Below are positions 1 through 12,405 of a stretch of 64,000 nucleotides of DNA, piece after piece. The notes under the pieces were generated by a model that worked only from the letters and a program-made list of their open reading frames with translations, made no database searches and had not been told where the DNA came from. The stretch's first letter is position 1; each line of letters opens with the position of its first letter. Source of the stretch: Neodothiora populina (lineage: Eukaryota); assembly GCF_041146345.1 (NCBI RefSeq), contig NW_027191406.1:868001-932000 (forward strand), read 5' to 3'. The translations under genes were made by a program, and so were the position numbers.

Positions 1-1092
1 TTCTGTCTGTACGTCTCGAGTACAAGATGCTTATCGAAGTGGCGTGGTATAGCCAGTCAAGACTTCAGGACTGTTGATTGATATTCTTATTTCTGAGATA
101 CTTTGGCAAATATCCTTGTGACACAGTGACAAAGCAGTTCGATTCCTCGACTCCGCTCGACTATCGTGATAGCCTATGACAGAGATGCAAAGGCCGAAAG
201 AAAAGATCGTCCGTCCGCTCCAAAGCAACAATTCGTGAACCTCGCAACAACAGAGCCAACAATAAATCCGTGAACGAGGTCGTATAATAATGTGAATACC
301 ACAAACAGCGGTATTGTCAAATTCACGATTCGAGGAGAAAACAACAAGTTATGAGAACCAACGAACCGAAATGGCTACCAACATGGCAGCTTTTGTTCAT
401 CTCTTCGCCCAACACAAAACCGAGGAGGCTGGCTGGCTGGCTGGCGTAGGCGTGGCTGGGACGGGATTCGCGATCAGAGGAAAACCACACACTTACTGCC
501 ATTTCATTTCTTTTTGAAACAGGCCTACCGAAGCCAGTGTTGCCTGCTGCCTTGATTGCTACGATTATAGTACTGCTGCTCAGACGACGTGCCATCGGGT
601 AGGGATACATACCTTATCATACCGCTTATTTTTCTTGGTATCGCTTATGCGTTGTTATCGTTACAGCGAGCGGCGTTGCTGGTTCCCGCGTACCGTTTGT
701 CTTTGTACACACCGGGAAACGCGTCGATCCCCGCATATTCACATGGAGCTTGTTTGCAAGCATTCTGTCGATCCCTTGGCAGGCACGGGGATGGTCTATG
801 CGGCGCTTGTCATGGCATAAAATAGTGCAGATGAGATGTACTGCACTGTAGGATCACCTCATTATTTCAACTATATACTGTACTTGTATAGCATGCCATA
901 ATTTGCAATTCGCTCACACCGGTTGTGTTAAACATTCCCAATTTACTCATCAATCAGGTACCATATAAATGGACAATAGCGAAGGAGTACAGTACAGAAT
1001 GTATTATGCACTAAAGCAAGCTAGATAGGTTTACTGGGTTCCTACAAAACTTCCAAAACTAAACATTTATCTCGTTCTTATCTTCGTCATTC

Positions 1093-1736
1093 CTACTCTT
1101 TGACCGGGTCGTCCTTGCTGAAGTTCATGCTGACGCTGTTGACGCAGTGTCGCTCATCAGTCGGCGTAGGGTAACCCTCCCCCTTGAAGACGTGTCCAAG
1201 ATGACCTCCGCAGTTCGAGCAGACGATCTCGATTCTCTCCATACCGAAAGTACGATCAGAGTGTCGCGTCACGGCGCCGGGAAGTGCATCGAAGAATGCA
1301 GGCCATCCACATCCAGACTTGAACTTGTGTTGAGCCTTGTATAGCGGTGCGTTGCAGCCTGCACAGGTGTAGACGCCCTCGGTTGGCATATGCTTGTCGT
1401 ACTTGCCAACGAACGGCGCTTCGGTTCCCTTTTCTCTGAGTACTCGGAATTGCTCTGGCACGCTCTATCAGTACCAGACAAGACTTACAGCGCGTAGGAG
1501 AGAAGCTTACCAGGACTCAACTGAGCCTGCCATTCCTCGCTGTTCTTTGAAAGTGGATAGCTCATCGTGTTTGCAGTGGATGTCCCGAAAAATGCGCCCA
1601 GGAAGGGAATTGTTGGCATAGAACGAACCGCAGTGGCGCGAAGTGCTGGTCTGAACGGCGCTGGAGCTGCTCGGAAGGTTGTGTTGGAGAAAGCGTAGAG
1701 TGTGCGGACGAATTGAGGGAATGAAGGCAGACGCAT
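1093..1736 (-). CDS. msrB: Peptide-methionine (R)-S-oxide reductase MsrB; 2 exons (1736-1511, 1454-1093)
   Basis: SelR/MsrB motifs CAGC, KFKSGCGWPAF, CSNCGGHLGHVF and RHCVNS. Intron 1510-1455 (GTAAGC...CTGAT...CAG) joins LSP/EQFRVLR in frame. The N-terminus is Arg/Ala/Ser-rich and acid-free, like a presequence. Confidence 0.95.
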
Positions 1737-2672
1737 GAAGTATTATGTGACCTGTCTATTGACTTATGGACAAAGAAAGATAGATTTGCTAAATTAGGCA
1801 AGACAGAAGGTATACCACAGGGTAGATGTTTTGCCCCTCCATGATATATTATACGTCATCGAAACGTCCGCGGAGACTTCCGCTTTTACAAGGTTGTCCG
1901 CTCCGTATCGCGCAACGTTATGCTAAGGAGGTAGGCACTTCACCTTGCGGTTGGATAACTGCAGATATAGAGTAAATATACTGATCATTGCAAAGACCAT
2001 ACAGCTTCGCTGCTATCAAATGCAACGAGACTCGAGGGCTGACATGCTAACGAACTACTGAGTGCAAACGTCACGAACATTTCTGTGGAGCATCTACACA
2101 ATACGCTACGTTAGAACAGGCCCAGGATACCATCTTTTAATCTAGATCGTTCCTTCCTACCTTGATTGGTATCTGATGAAAATGAGGAAACCGTACCTCA
2201 AGTAAGGTATGTACGTCATATGAAAATCGGCAAATGCATGGTACCGTACCTATCTTTGGTAAAGCATTTTGCATCTATGGTAAGGTAAGCATGATCACCT
2301 TTCTTTGGCAGACCATGGTATACCTCAATCTGTCCTAAAAGTACCCCCATTACAATACCATTCGTTATTGAAAATACCTTGTTACCAAGTCTTGTATTTC
2401 TGTTCCCGACTCGCTTCAGACAAAATCAGTAGCTGAACAAGGTTTGGTACTGACACAACATCAATACATTTCTATACATGTTATAGTCCACAGCTCGTTT
2501 TGGAATAACGCAATCATTTCTTCCGATCGTTATGATGCCATCATACTCACATGGGCACACGTCCCGAGCCCAATCAGCAGAACGACACACCAACAATGCT
2601 AGGAACAACGATCCAACGTATCATCTGCGAATCTTGCAATAGAATGGTAACACTGATGTTCTTCTTGCCAAG

Positions 2673-4825
2673 ATGCTGGCAGTTCACGGCCTGAACCCAG
2701 ACTTCTTTTATGCAGACGACACTGATGGCCTGGTTGAAAACTCCGATACTGACCTTGAAGTCGTTGCGGAGAACACACAAGATGATACAGCTCATGAACC
2801 AGTGGAACGAGCAGCACATGCCCTTGGCTAGCAGTCCGATTTCGAAAGATAGTATGGGCGCACCGTCAGATTGCCACTCAACCAAGATAGAGCATAACGA
2901 TGAGGGGGTCATATCTCGTTCTTATTCTCAAGACATGCTGGTTATTGATGGTGATATGTCGAGTAGTATGAGATCTCTGCAGTCACCTGTCGTTCATCCC
3001 ACTCTGGACATTGTAGACAGCCCAGTGAAAACACCTGGACTCGAACGAGACATTGCCGAGTCAGCAGCGACAGTGTCTAGCAGGCTGCATATTTCGAGTA
3101 ACACTAGTGCGCATCGTCCGGCCAGAGGAAGCAGTGAAGTATACGACGTTCTCGATGGCGCTGCTAGTGTCCGTGATGACTACGCAGACAACGACTGCAA
3201 TGGGGATGAGCTATCCCAGAGCACCGACGGCAGTCCAGCATTAGCAGACGAAACACATGAGCATTCACATGCACCCGAAGGCATACATTGCCCGAAAGCC
3301 TTTTCCCATATCGAAGCCAACAACGGCCCTGATCAATCATGCGATGCTACTGAGGGCGACCACACTGCCGGAACTCAAATCACAGTCGACCAAACTTGGC
3401 CTGGGTTGTGCAAAGAAGTGTTGGGATCCTGTAAGCTATCGACTCATTTGCTGCACCTGCTCAATACCGATTCAGGCTAATGACGTCTTAGTGACAGACT
3501 GCTCACTTTATTCCGCTGCCGGCCTAGATGAACCGCTGAACAACCCAGAAGTAGAGAGCACGTTCTTCACCATATTGGCGAAGCAAGTTCGGGCAATTGC
3601 GAGCCGATCGATATTGACATTGGTGCCCAGAGTAGGCAATATAATTGTCAAGCGCATTCTCGCGGCTGACCATCATACTAGACCATCTCGAGCTTGACTA
3701 TCTTCAGTCGAACCGCGTCCATGATGGCTTCGTGATGACGCTGCAGCAATCCGGCTTGCAGATTGGCAGCCATGTGCCTTCCGATGGTATGAGACTTGTG
3801 GCACTTAGACAGCCGAGGCTGAACAAGTAATTACAGAAGTTACAGACGAGTTAACCAAAACCTATCTTGAAAATGACCTTAGGCCACAGCTCACATAGAC
3901 ATACCGTTCTGACATCATAACAGCATACTTTGCTTGCGCCATGGACTTCGGTGCAACAAAAGAACAAGTGCTTGCATTCATAGCTTCACGAAAGAAGCCG
4001 GTCTACACCTCTTGTATGCAAGACTGGCGCTCCTTTATCGGTACTGTTTACCATCACATGGAGGGAAACCTTTCTAACGGCAACCCAGAAACAATGAACA
4101 CAAATACAAGATGGCTCAGTCCGCCTGAAACAAAGTGTGACAGGTATTTGACCCTGTCATCATGATCATGGCTCATTCTAACCGGTTAGCAGTTGTGCCG
4201 AGACCTGTTATACGCTCAACAAACCTACGCTGAAGATCTGCCAAAGGTGTGCGACATACAGATACTGCTCGTCTTGCGCAAAAGAAGGTCTGGCACAGCA
4301 CAAAAAGGTGTGCAGTGTATCAGAATCACAAGTTGTACCACCAATTGCGCAAAACAACTGCCTTGAGAACTATTACTACACGCCTCTTTTCGACGGTGCT
4401 CAACTCCTTTATCACGAAGCATCATTGCAGGACTGCGTTCGCATCGAGATGGCCATTGCAGGAACGTACCTGCATTATGTACCTCGTGAGACCACATTTC
4501 GCATCATCATCGACTCCTTTCGTTTGAGGGAACAAGACAACGTGGTTATGGGAGAGACTGAAAATGGCCATCTGCAAACAAGATACAAAAGCTATCTTGA
4601 ACTTATAGAATTGCGAGAAGGTATGAACCCGAATGGTAGGACCTGAAGGCTCGCAATACTTGCTTTACCAAGGCGACCAAGCATGCTGGTAAGGTCGAAG
4701 GATCAAACATCAAGCGTCGTTACACCCAACCGTTGGTCATTGATGATTATCGAGACTTGAGTATGCCCTCAAAACTCAGAGCATTCGCAGCAAAGGTCTA
4801 CGGTTGGTCACCATGGGCGTCTTGA
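2673..4825 (+). pseudogene. Degenerate multi-exon gene: acidic low-complexity N-terminus and a MYND-like zinc finger
   Basis: Plausible introns at 3431-3491, about 3787-3835 and 4144-4189. Spliced peptide KCDSSCAETCYTLNKPTLKICQRCATYRYCSSCAKEGLAQHKKVC. In-frame TAG at 3896-3898, an apparent frame switch near 2830, and phase mismatches at other junctions. Boundaries are approximate. Confidence 0.5.
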
Positions 4826-5159
4826 ACTAAACAGACACATGGTAGTACCACAACACAAAAGTCTGACACAGGCTCATCAGATGTGTTGGTGATGTAACAC
4901 GTCTCGAAACCACTGTCTTGTAATTTCCCCCACGTCCACTCCCCTTGCATATGAACGGATCGGGGATAGGGGAGGAATGCAAATTTCCAGCACTGTTAAG
5001 CTTGTTGATGAACATTGACGGATTAGTCTCATGCCCGGAATGCGGTCCCTGATCCCGCCTACCATCCCGTCCGAGTCTTGAGATGGGGATGAATACTTCT
5101 CCTCTGCTCGGAACCCTTCGGAGTCCTCTTCCTCATCCCTCACAACATCCGCAATCATA

Positions 5160-6807
5160 ATGCAAACCCGATCGAAGGATAGAAAAACGCCAGAGATGGA
5201 GCCCGAGTCAGAAGCTGCTGACAGCAACGGTCATAATTCCGTTGTCGGGCCAGGCAAGGGAAATGGAAATTCTACTTCACCTGGGAAGAAGACAACATCA
5301 AAGGCCTCTCGGGACAAGAAGTCGGGAAAGCTTCCCAAGCAAGCCACGGTATCGGAATACATCAAAGATGAAGATGAGCCAGCCACCATCGGAACATCCG
5401 GAAAGACGGCTAGGCCGCCTCCAAAGAGTGCTTCATCAACGAAGGCCACTTCGTCGAAGACAACTAAAACGAGCAAAGCTACCTCTGCTGCAGCAAGAAA
5501 GGCCAAGGCAGCTGCTCAGCAACAGTCGGAAACTCAGAGCAGTCACGACAGTCCTGTATACACTGCTAAAGTGCCAACAAGACGGGTCAAGGAAGTTCAT
5601 GAAGCACCCGTCCAGAACATCTATGGCGAAATAGAAATGCCATCAAGCTGCGATCAGCGCCTGGAGCAAGCCATCATTTTCCTCTCTGATGAAGGTCCAG
5701 AGACTGACTCCAACTTCAAGCATAAGCTGCGTAAGCTTGAGCACGAGTTTGGAGTCGTCTGGCCTCGCAAGAAGAAACAGGGTGAGAAAGACTACGACTA
5801 CTCGGAGAATCTGCATCGTAAAGTCATGGCCATGATGGCTGTTCAGCGTGAGAGAGTCGATGCTGGCGCCAGACAGTGGTTCGAGGCGACCATGTTCCCC
5901 CAATACCCTGTCAATGAATCTGAGGAGGAGCGCGAATATCCTCCTGCTTCTAAGCCTAAGGTCATCGAGGTTGAGAAGAATAGCAAGGGGAAAGGCAAGG
6001 AAGCTGTTCGTCCGCAAGGTCAAGGCTCTGGAGCTACTGAGGATACAACAAAAGATGCAGGCGTTGGCGATACATCTATGCATGACGTCGGTGGACGTGT
6101 CATGACCGAAAAGGAGCTAAAGGAGTTTGCGAAAAATCCTTGGCCTATGACTCTGCCCGCAGATGAGATCTGGCACCGCAGAATGCCTAGCACGTTTCCG
6201 TTTGGCGATACGAACCTGGCGACATTTGAGATGAGCAAGAAGATCTCGCATGACTTGGGTGAAGGTAAGGCATTCTTTTCTATTTTCCATTTTACTTAAA
6301 ATCGTCCACCTGCTTTTACACCCTCGTCATTTGGGTATAGTAGATCAAATCCCTAATGAAGACCACACAGACAAAGAACCCCTCGGAGCATGGCTATCCA
6401 GAATCATGAGCAAGACCTACCAATTCCTCACCTTGAACAATTCCGCATCAGCAATGACCCAACGTCCCTGGGCTCTGCCAGAAGTCATTCCACAAGCCCT
6501 CAACGTCTTCATGGCCAGACACGACCAGAACGTCAAAGAGCTACAGAGGTGGACTACTGCTCAAGACGCAGCTGCGAAGAGAAACAAGCGCAGGGTTGCT
6601 AATGTTTCGCAGGACGGTGTGGGAGCTGGGGCTGGCCAAAATGACGGGCCTGCTGGACACCACCATCATCACCATCACCATGGTCGTGGCGGTGGTGGAG
6701 GTGGGCTGAGAGTCCCTGTGGCTAAGAGGAGTCGTGCGTGGAATACGCTGCCTCCTGCTGCTGCTGCGGCCGATGGGGACGTGGACATGGTCGATGCTGA
6801 TGGCTAG
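5160..6807 (+). CDS. Hypothetical protein (Lys/Ser/Thr-rich N-terminus, His8/Gly tract near the C-terminus); 2 exons
   Basis: The 379-aa ORF is joined to the 6250-6807 frame by intron 6265-6340/6343 (GTAAGG...TAGTAG, phase 1). No recognisable family motif. Confidence 0.7.
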
Positions 6808-7044
6808 ATCTCTCTGGCGATTAAACTGTCGAGAACTGTGTTTTATAATGCAGGTGAGGGGAGGTATGGATGAGCTGCTGACACTGGTAATAGGTTTTTT
6901 TTAGGTAATGAGGTTACGCGATGATTCGTAGAAAGCAGGAACAAATAACAATTCGGAAAGTACTGTTAAAGGCGTCTAGTAAGGCCATAATATGATTATT
7001 TAATTCACTGCTACAGATATCTGTATGCTACGTGACTACAAACA

Positions 7045-8733
7045 CTATTTCTCCATGATCTCGCTAGCGAACTTGCTCCGCGCTCTGATCCTCGGTCCAA
7101 AGATAAGCAGGACGAACGGGACGAGCGTCAGCAGCGCGCCCACGCCTCCAAGAAAAGATCCTGCTCCTTGAAAGGTCATCTTGTTGAACATCTGCGTCGT
7201 GACAAGCGGGAAGACACCGCCGAGCATGTTTCGACAAAAAGACTGAGCCGCAAGCGCAGACGAGGCGTAGCGGTGATACGTGTCCGCCAGATAATTGAAC
7301 ACGGCCAGATAGATGCTAAAGATTCCCATTGTTGCACATCCGATCGCCAGCGCAGGGACTATCCAGGGGACACTTGGGAAACTCGACCATCCGAACCAGA
7401 AGAGACCGACGGGCAGGAGAGCGGAGAGGCCGCAGGCGATATAGAGGCGTCCCTCGGGCGTCTCTGAGATCTTGGGGAAGCGTTTCTTCGTGAAGTTCTC
7501 GGCGACGATGGACAGGATTGTGGATATGATGGCGGCGATGCTGATGGCGGAAAAAACGGCGCCGGATTGCGAGAGGGTGAAGTTGTGGGAGCGGGTGAAG
7601 ACCAGAGGGATGGCGCCGAAGGTGAGGTAGAGAACGGCCCAGGCGAACGAGATCCAGAGGGAGAAGAAGAAGACGACGGGCTCGGTGAAGAGCATGTGGA
7701 ATGGTCGGTAGAGGGAGATGCCGATCGATCTGGAGAGACTGGCTCGCTCTTCGTCGGCCTTGACTTTCCAGCGGATTCTCATCGACTTCACCTTGCTTGG
7801 ATCTGATGGACTTGGCACATCGAGACAGTAGTACCCAGCCTCTTCGAGGGCGTCGTAATACTGATTTAGCTTCTTCGCTTTCCTTGATAGCAGGACTGAG
7901 CCACGCGTCTCCTTGAAGAATAAGACCACCACGGCTTGCACCACTCCACAGGAGATGATTTGCAGGTAGAATATCCACCTCCAGGTTGTATTCTCTGCTA
8001 TGAAGCAAGATACCAGTGGTCCCAGACCTGTTCCAAACAGTGCTGAGCCTGAGAAGAGGGCCATTGCAGTGTTGCGATCCTTGGCGTGATAGATGTCTGA
8101 TACAACACCGCCAACCATGGTGGAGAAAGTCGAAGAGAAACATCCCATCCAGAAGCGGGCGACCAGCATGCCGGGATAAGAGCGAGTGACAGCACAGCAG
8201 AGTTGCAGTATCACGTAAAGACAGCCTGTGATGACAAACATTGGTCTTCGTCCATTGATCTCACTAAAGGGTGCCAGGACCATGGGTGCGATGGCGAATC
8301 CAGTAGTAAACGTCGTCACTCCAACTGTGATGGCAACATGGGAGACACCCCAGTACTGTTGCATTTGAGCATCGCCGGCAGTGTATGAGCCTGCCGCATA
8401 GGCAGTGATCATTGTGGCAGCACAGGAAAGCCACGTTATGAACTGCTTCCTCCTTGGGCTCCAATTGAAGGGTGACTCATATTCCTTAAGGTTTGGTTCC
8501 TGTGGTGGTGGAGTTCCGTTGGGGGTCGGTTCTAGTATTCGTGACGGCCGTGGTAATGTCATTTCAAAAGTCAAGTATTTCCATTGTATCGGGTCATTGG
8601 AAGAGTCAGTCCATCCCTTTTCGGACTCAAAGGGGGACATCGGCTTTTTGCTGTCATCATTGAACTCTATGTTATCTCCATCCAATGTGTCATCGCTTGA
8701 TGGCCGTGACAACTCGATCTCTGGGTCTGCCAT
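7045..8733 (-). CDS. MFS drug:H+ antiporter, DHA1 family; intronless
   Basis: About 12 hydrophobic segments with motifs PFNWSPRRK, APFSEINGRRP, GGVVSDIY, LFTEPVV, PEGRL and YLADTYHRYASSALAA. First ATG is at 8733 (MADPEIEL). Confidence 0.93.
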   Translation of the reverse strand: MADPEIELSRPSSDDTLDGDNIEFNDDSKKPMSPFESEKGWTDSSNDPIQWKYLTFEMTLPRPSRILEPTPNGTPPPQEPNLKEYESPFNWSPRRKQFITWLSCAATMITAYAAGSYTAGDAQMQQYWGVSHVAITVGVTTFTTGFAIAPMVLAPFSEINGRRPMFVITGCLYVILQLCCAVTRSYPGMLVARFWMGCFSSTFSTMVGGVVSDIYHAKDRNTAMALFSGSALFGTGLGPLVSCFIAENTTWRWIFYLQIISCGVVQAVVVLFFKETRGSVLLSRKAKKLNQYYDALEEAGYYCLDVPSPSDPSKVKSMRIRWKVKADEERASLSRSIGISLYRPFHMLFTEPVVFFFSLWISFAWAVLYLTFGAIPLVFTRSHNFTLSQSGAVFSAISIAAIISTILSIVAENFTKKRFPKISETPEGRLYIACGLSALLPVGLFWFGWSSFPSVPWIVPALAIGCATMGIFSIYLAVFNYLADTYHRYASSALAAQSFCRNMLGGVFPLVTTQMFNKMTFQGAGSFLGGVGALLTLVPFVLLIFGPRIRARSKFASEIMEK

Positions 8734-10128
8734 TGCATCGATACCAGACAGTGCATATAGAAGAAGAATGTGAGAGAAGAAGGAGCAAGTGAGAAGAAGT
8801 TTGAGGTTTGAGAGGGAGGCGCTGGAGGCAGAGATCAACCTTACCCCATTTCTACCCGTGTATACTTCGCATTAAACAATGGCTTGCGAGGATAGTATGA
8901 GGGAATAGAGCGGGTTTAACGCTTTGAATACAAGTAGTGCGGGTGAAGATCTCGGGGTCAAGATAGTGGAGATATTTTGCGGAAACGTACCCCATTTGCC
9001 GCTGTGCATGTTCCGATACCCGGTTATAAGCTACTCCGTCTCAGAATTGACACTCGCTATCGCTCGTGTCGATGTCACCCTCTAGTGCCGAAGAAGCTCC
9101 TCATGGCAAGGGTGCAGCATACTACAGTACATAGGATCTCGCGTTTCTTGTCTGGCCATTCGCCCGGGGTCCAACCAGTGGCTGTCAAGCAACAAAGACT
9201 TACCTTACTCCTTTGCATGAGGAACTGTATGCAGCACATCAACGGCAACTCATTAATTCCTTTTCGGCAATGCGTCGGTGCTGGAGGTACTTCACAGCCA
9301 CCGAGCTGGGCTCGACGGGAACATCGACGGTCACAGGTCCGCGGAATATATAGTCAGCTCGATACTTCAGCGGGAGGAGGCATGCTCGACGTTGGAATTC
9401 CTGTCTGGCGCTATTGCTGAAAAGGCCACTGTCGGCATTGCTATCGATGCCCAGCTTAGAAGGTGCCCGTTTTGTATGATTGTGAACATACACCTATAGG
9501 ACCATAAGATACCTTAGGTTACCTCATGCACGGAGGTACAGCCCAGGGTCGTCACGTGCTATGACGTGCTACTTCCAGCCACCACCTTGAAGTTAAAGGC
9601 ACAATCACTCTGCTCCGACATACTGTAGCTCAGCACCTTGGTGGACCCACTTGTCCGCATTCAGCATGTGCGCCTCAGTAGCATGACACAGAATACTTGT
9701 ACGGCCAAAGGATGTGAGTCTTTACAGTAGTTTTCGAGTAGAGTATCTTAGGTTGCGAGATGACTAGACACCGAGGATCGAAGAACAAGCTCACGATGTT
9801 CTTGCCACTGCTCAACTTCCTGATGAGTTGATGCAGCACGTCGTGTGAACTACGGCGAAGGTTCATCCATCCACTACAGGTAGGTACTTTGTGCATGTCT
9901 AGACCAGCCCAAAAGGAAGTGTCCTGCCGGTAAAACCAGGGCGAGTCCCCCGTAACATATCCCGCGCTCTTGCGTGATCGCTGCCCAGCTGTATTCAGCA
10001 GCTTCCAAAATTTATGTTATTACCCCTCACCCCTCTACTGTATCTTGAACTTGTCTACACAGCTATTCCATCTCAAACAACACCACATTACCTATCTTCA
10101 TACTTTAATATCTCATATTCCATACAAA

Positions 10129-10879
10129 ATGTCTGCCGATCGCGCTGAGCCTCTCCGCCTGGGCAGCACCGCCCCCAACTTCGATGCTGAGACCACCAAC
10201 GGTCCCATCAACTTCCACGAGTTCATTGGCGACAACTGGGTCATCCTATTCTCCCACCCCGAGGACTACACTCCCGTGTGCACCACTGAGCTCGGTGCCT
10301 TCGCCAAGCTCGAGCCCGAGTTCACCAAGCGCGGTGTCAAGCTGATTGGTCTCTCCGCCAACACCATTGAGAGCCACGGTGGCTGGATCAAGGACATCGA
10401 TGAGATCTCCGGCAGCAGCCTCAAGTTCCCCATCATCGGAGACAAGGAGCGCAAGGTTGCCTTTGCCTACGACATGTAAGTATGACGGCGGAGAGCAGCA
10501 GCCCTCCGAATCCGAGGTGTTGCCACCATGAAACCCCATCTAACACGAATACAGGATCGACCACCAGGACACTACCAATGTCGACGCCAAGGGCATTGCA
10601 TTCACCATCCGCTCTGTCTTCATCATTGACCCCAAGAAGAAGATCCGAACCATCCTCTCTTACCCTGCTTCGACCGGTCGCAACTCGGCTGAGGTTCTCA
10701 GAATCATCGACTCCCTCCAGACTGTTGACAAGGTCTCCTGCGCAACTCCCATCAACTGGATCAAGGGTGACGATGTCATCGTTCCTCCCACCGTCTCCAC
10801 CGAGGACGCCAAGAAGAAGTTCCCTGACCTCAAGGTAGTGAAGCCCTACCTCAGATTCACTCCTCTTCCCAAGGAGTAA
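10129..10879 (+). CDS. PRX1: 1-Cys peroxiredoxin (Prx6/PRX1 family); 2 exons (10129-10475, 10555-10879)
   Basis: FSHPEDYTPVCTTE active site; exon 2 has RSVFIIDP, YPASTGRN and KPYLRFTP. Intron 10476-10554 (GTAAGT...CTAAC...CAG). Strong C-ending codon bias. Confidence 0.95.
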
Positions 10880-12405
10880 ACCAGCAGCACCCTTGAGATT
10901 ATTTGTCGCAAAAAGAGCGTTGCTATAGATCTTACGATACCTCAAACGCGGTTTAGACACATGCTCAGCTGTCCATGAGACAGACTTCTTGTGTATGCTG
11001 TGGACGAATCAAAAATAAATCACATTTTCCATAACATTTTACCTCAACTTGATTGCTCGATGTGTCTAGCATACTTTGTTTCTTAATTCTCAGGCTGCAG
11101 CTAGGTTGGCCATTCCAATCGCATGGGTGTGTTTGTGCCTGATCTTGAGGGATTCACTTCGAGTGATGATGACTATGCATTTCAATATCCATTTGTCTAA
11201 ATTCCGCAGGCTGTACCTGCATGCGAGGGCCATGTCACGGAAGAGGAGGACGAAAATGTACCAGTCCAAGGCGAAAATTGAACAAGATGAAACCTTTTGA
11301 TCTGTTCGAGACATCAAGAATCGGGGTCATGACTTCCATGTAGGAGATCATGCAACTAGACACAAGTAACAGATCGACGGCTGGGTCGCTATCACAATAC
11401 GAGTCGTCTCAAGACATGCAGCATGTTATTCTTCATATACTGCAGAACAGAAGAACGATAGGACAAAGAGTAGAGGTGGTGACTCATGTTGCGTTGGCTA
11501 CACGCCGGTTGCGTCCATTACCATTTAGTCGGATTCGGCAGGCAGGCACATCAAGATTGCTTGACAATACTACAAGTACATACCTACCTACAGCAAGAAC
11601 AGTTAAAGATCCCCTTATACTGATGTCCCTTTAGACCTAGTCAATAAGCTAGGTAAGGATTCCTTTGAGCTGCATGACTCTGGACTCACGCTAAGCGGGG
11701 GAAGCTCCGCAAGAAACGCTGTGTCGGAAACTCATCATTTTAGACGTAATTATTACCCCTTTGTATTCTCCGCCACCCCATAGAACGCCAAGGCCAAGTC
11801 CAAACGCTTCTTCCGAACTGTCAGGTACCGACAACCCGCAGCCGTGATTCCTGTTTGGCTATCTCGCCCAATTGCACGGAAATCGTCTGATCTAATTCAA
11901 TACATATCGCCGGGACGGGCGACACGCAATCATCTCGATTAGGGAATACACAGATAAGGACTGGACAGACACTGAGCAAACAAAACTGTGTGCGGTATGT
12001 TGATCTACTGTATCTCTGTTGACACGAGCTCGCGAGTCTGTAAATTTGTACATTATATGTAGTCTTCAAAGACTCGTAATCCGTTTGCCTAATTGAAATG
12101 TGTCATCTCGTTCGTTTGTCCTTGGAACTTCCAATCTTTGATGTCTACGAGTACAATTGAGATATCGGTACAATCAACTTCACTTGTGCGGAGCATGAAG
12201 CAACTCTACATGGGTTTGTGTGGGAAGACTTACGAAATGGCTCACCTCACCTTCACTTTGGAAAGAGCCATCATATGGCCAGAATTGGCCTAGGGAACTT
12301 CATCCTTCAAATCTCCTTCAACCCGTAGACAGACTCTGCTTTTCGATTTCAAATTTGTTCGGTATCGCTACTGCAGGACCTCGAGCGTTTGAGGAGGCTT
12401 TCGTG

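Noticed and set aside
1900..6900. Starship or other transposon as the source of the orphan island
   Set aside because: No tyrosine-recombinase, transposase or reverse-transcriptase motifs, terminal repeats or target-site duplication were seen.
9970..10128. Open in-frame extension upstream of the peroxiredoxin ATG as a non-AUG mitochondrial presequence
   Set aside because: It is Arg-poor, has the C/A/T-rich composition of a 5' UTR, and ATG 10129 has an ideal context (caaaATG). The same applies to the ORF-track extensions of the MFS, ABC and 40496 genes.
1093..10879. msrB, an MFS transporter and a peroxiredoxin as an oxidative-stress gene cluster
   Set aside because: They are separated by unrelated genes and share no convincing motif; proximity alone is insufficient.
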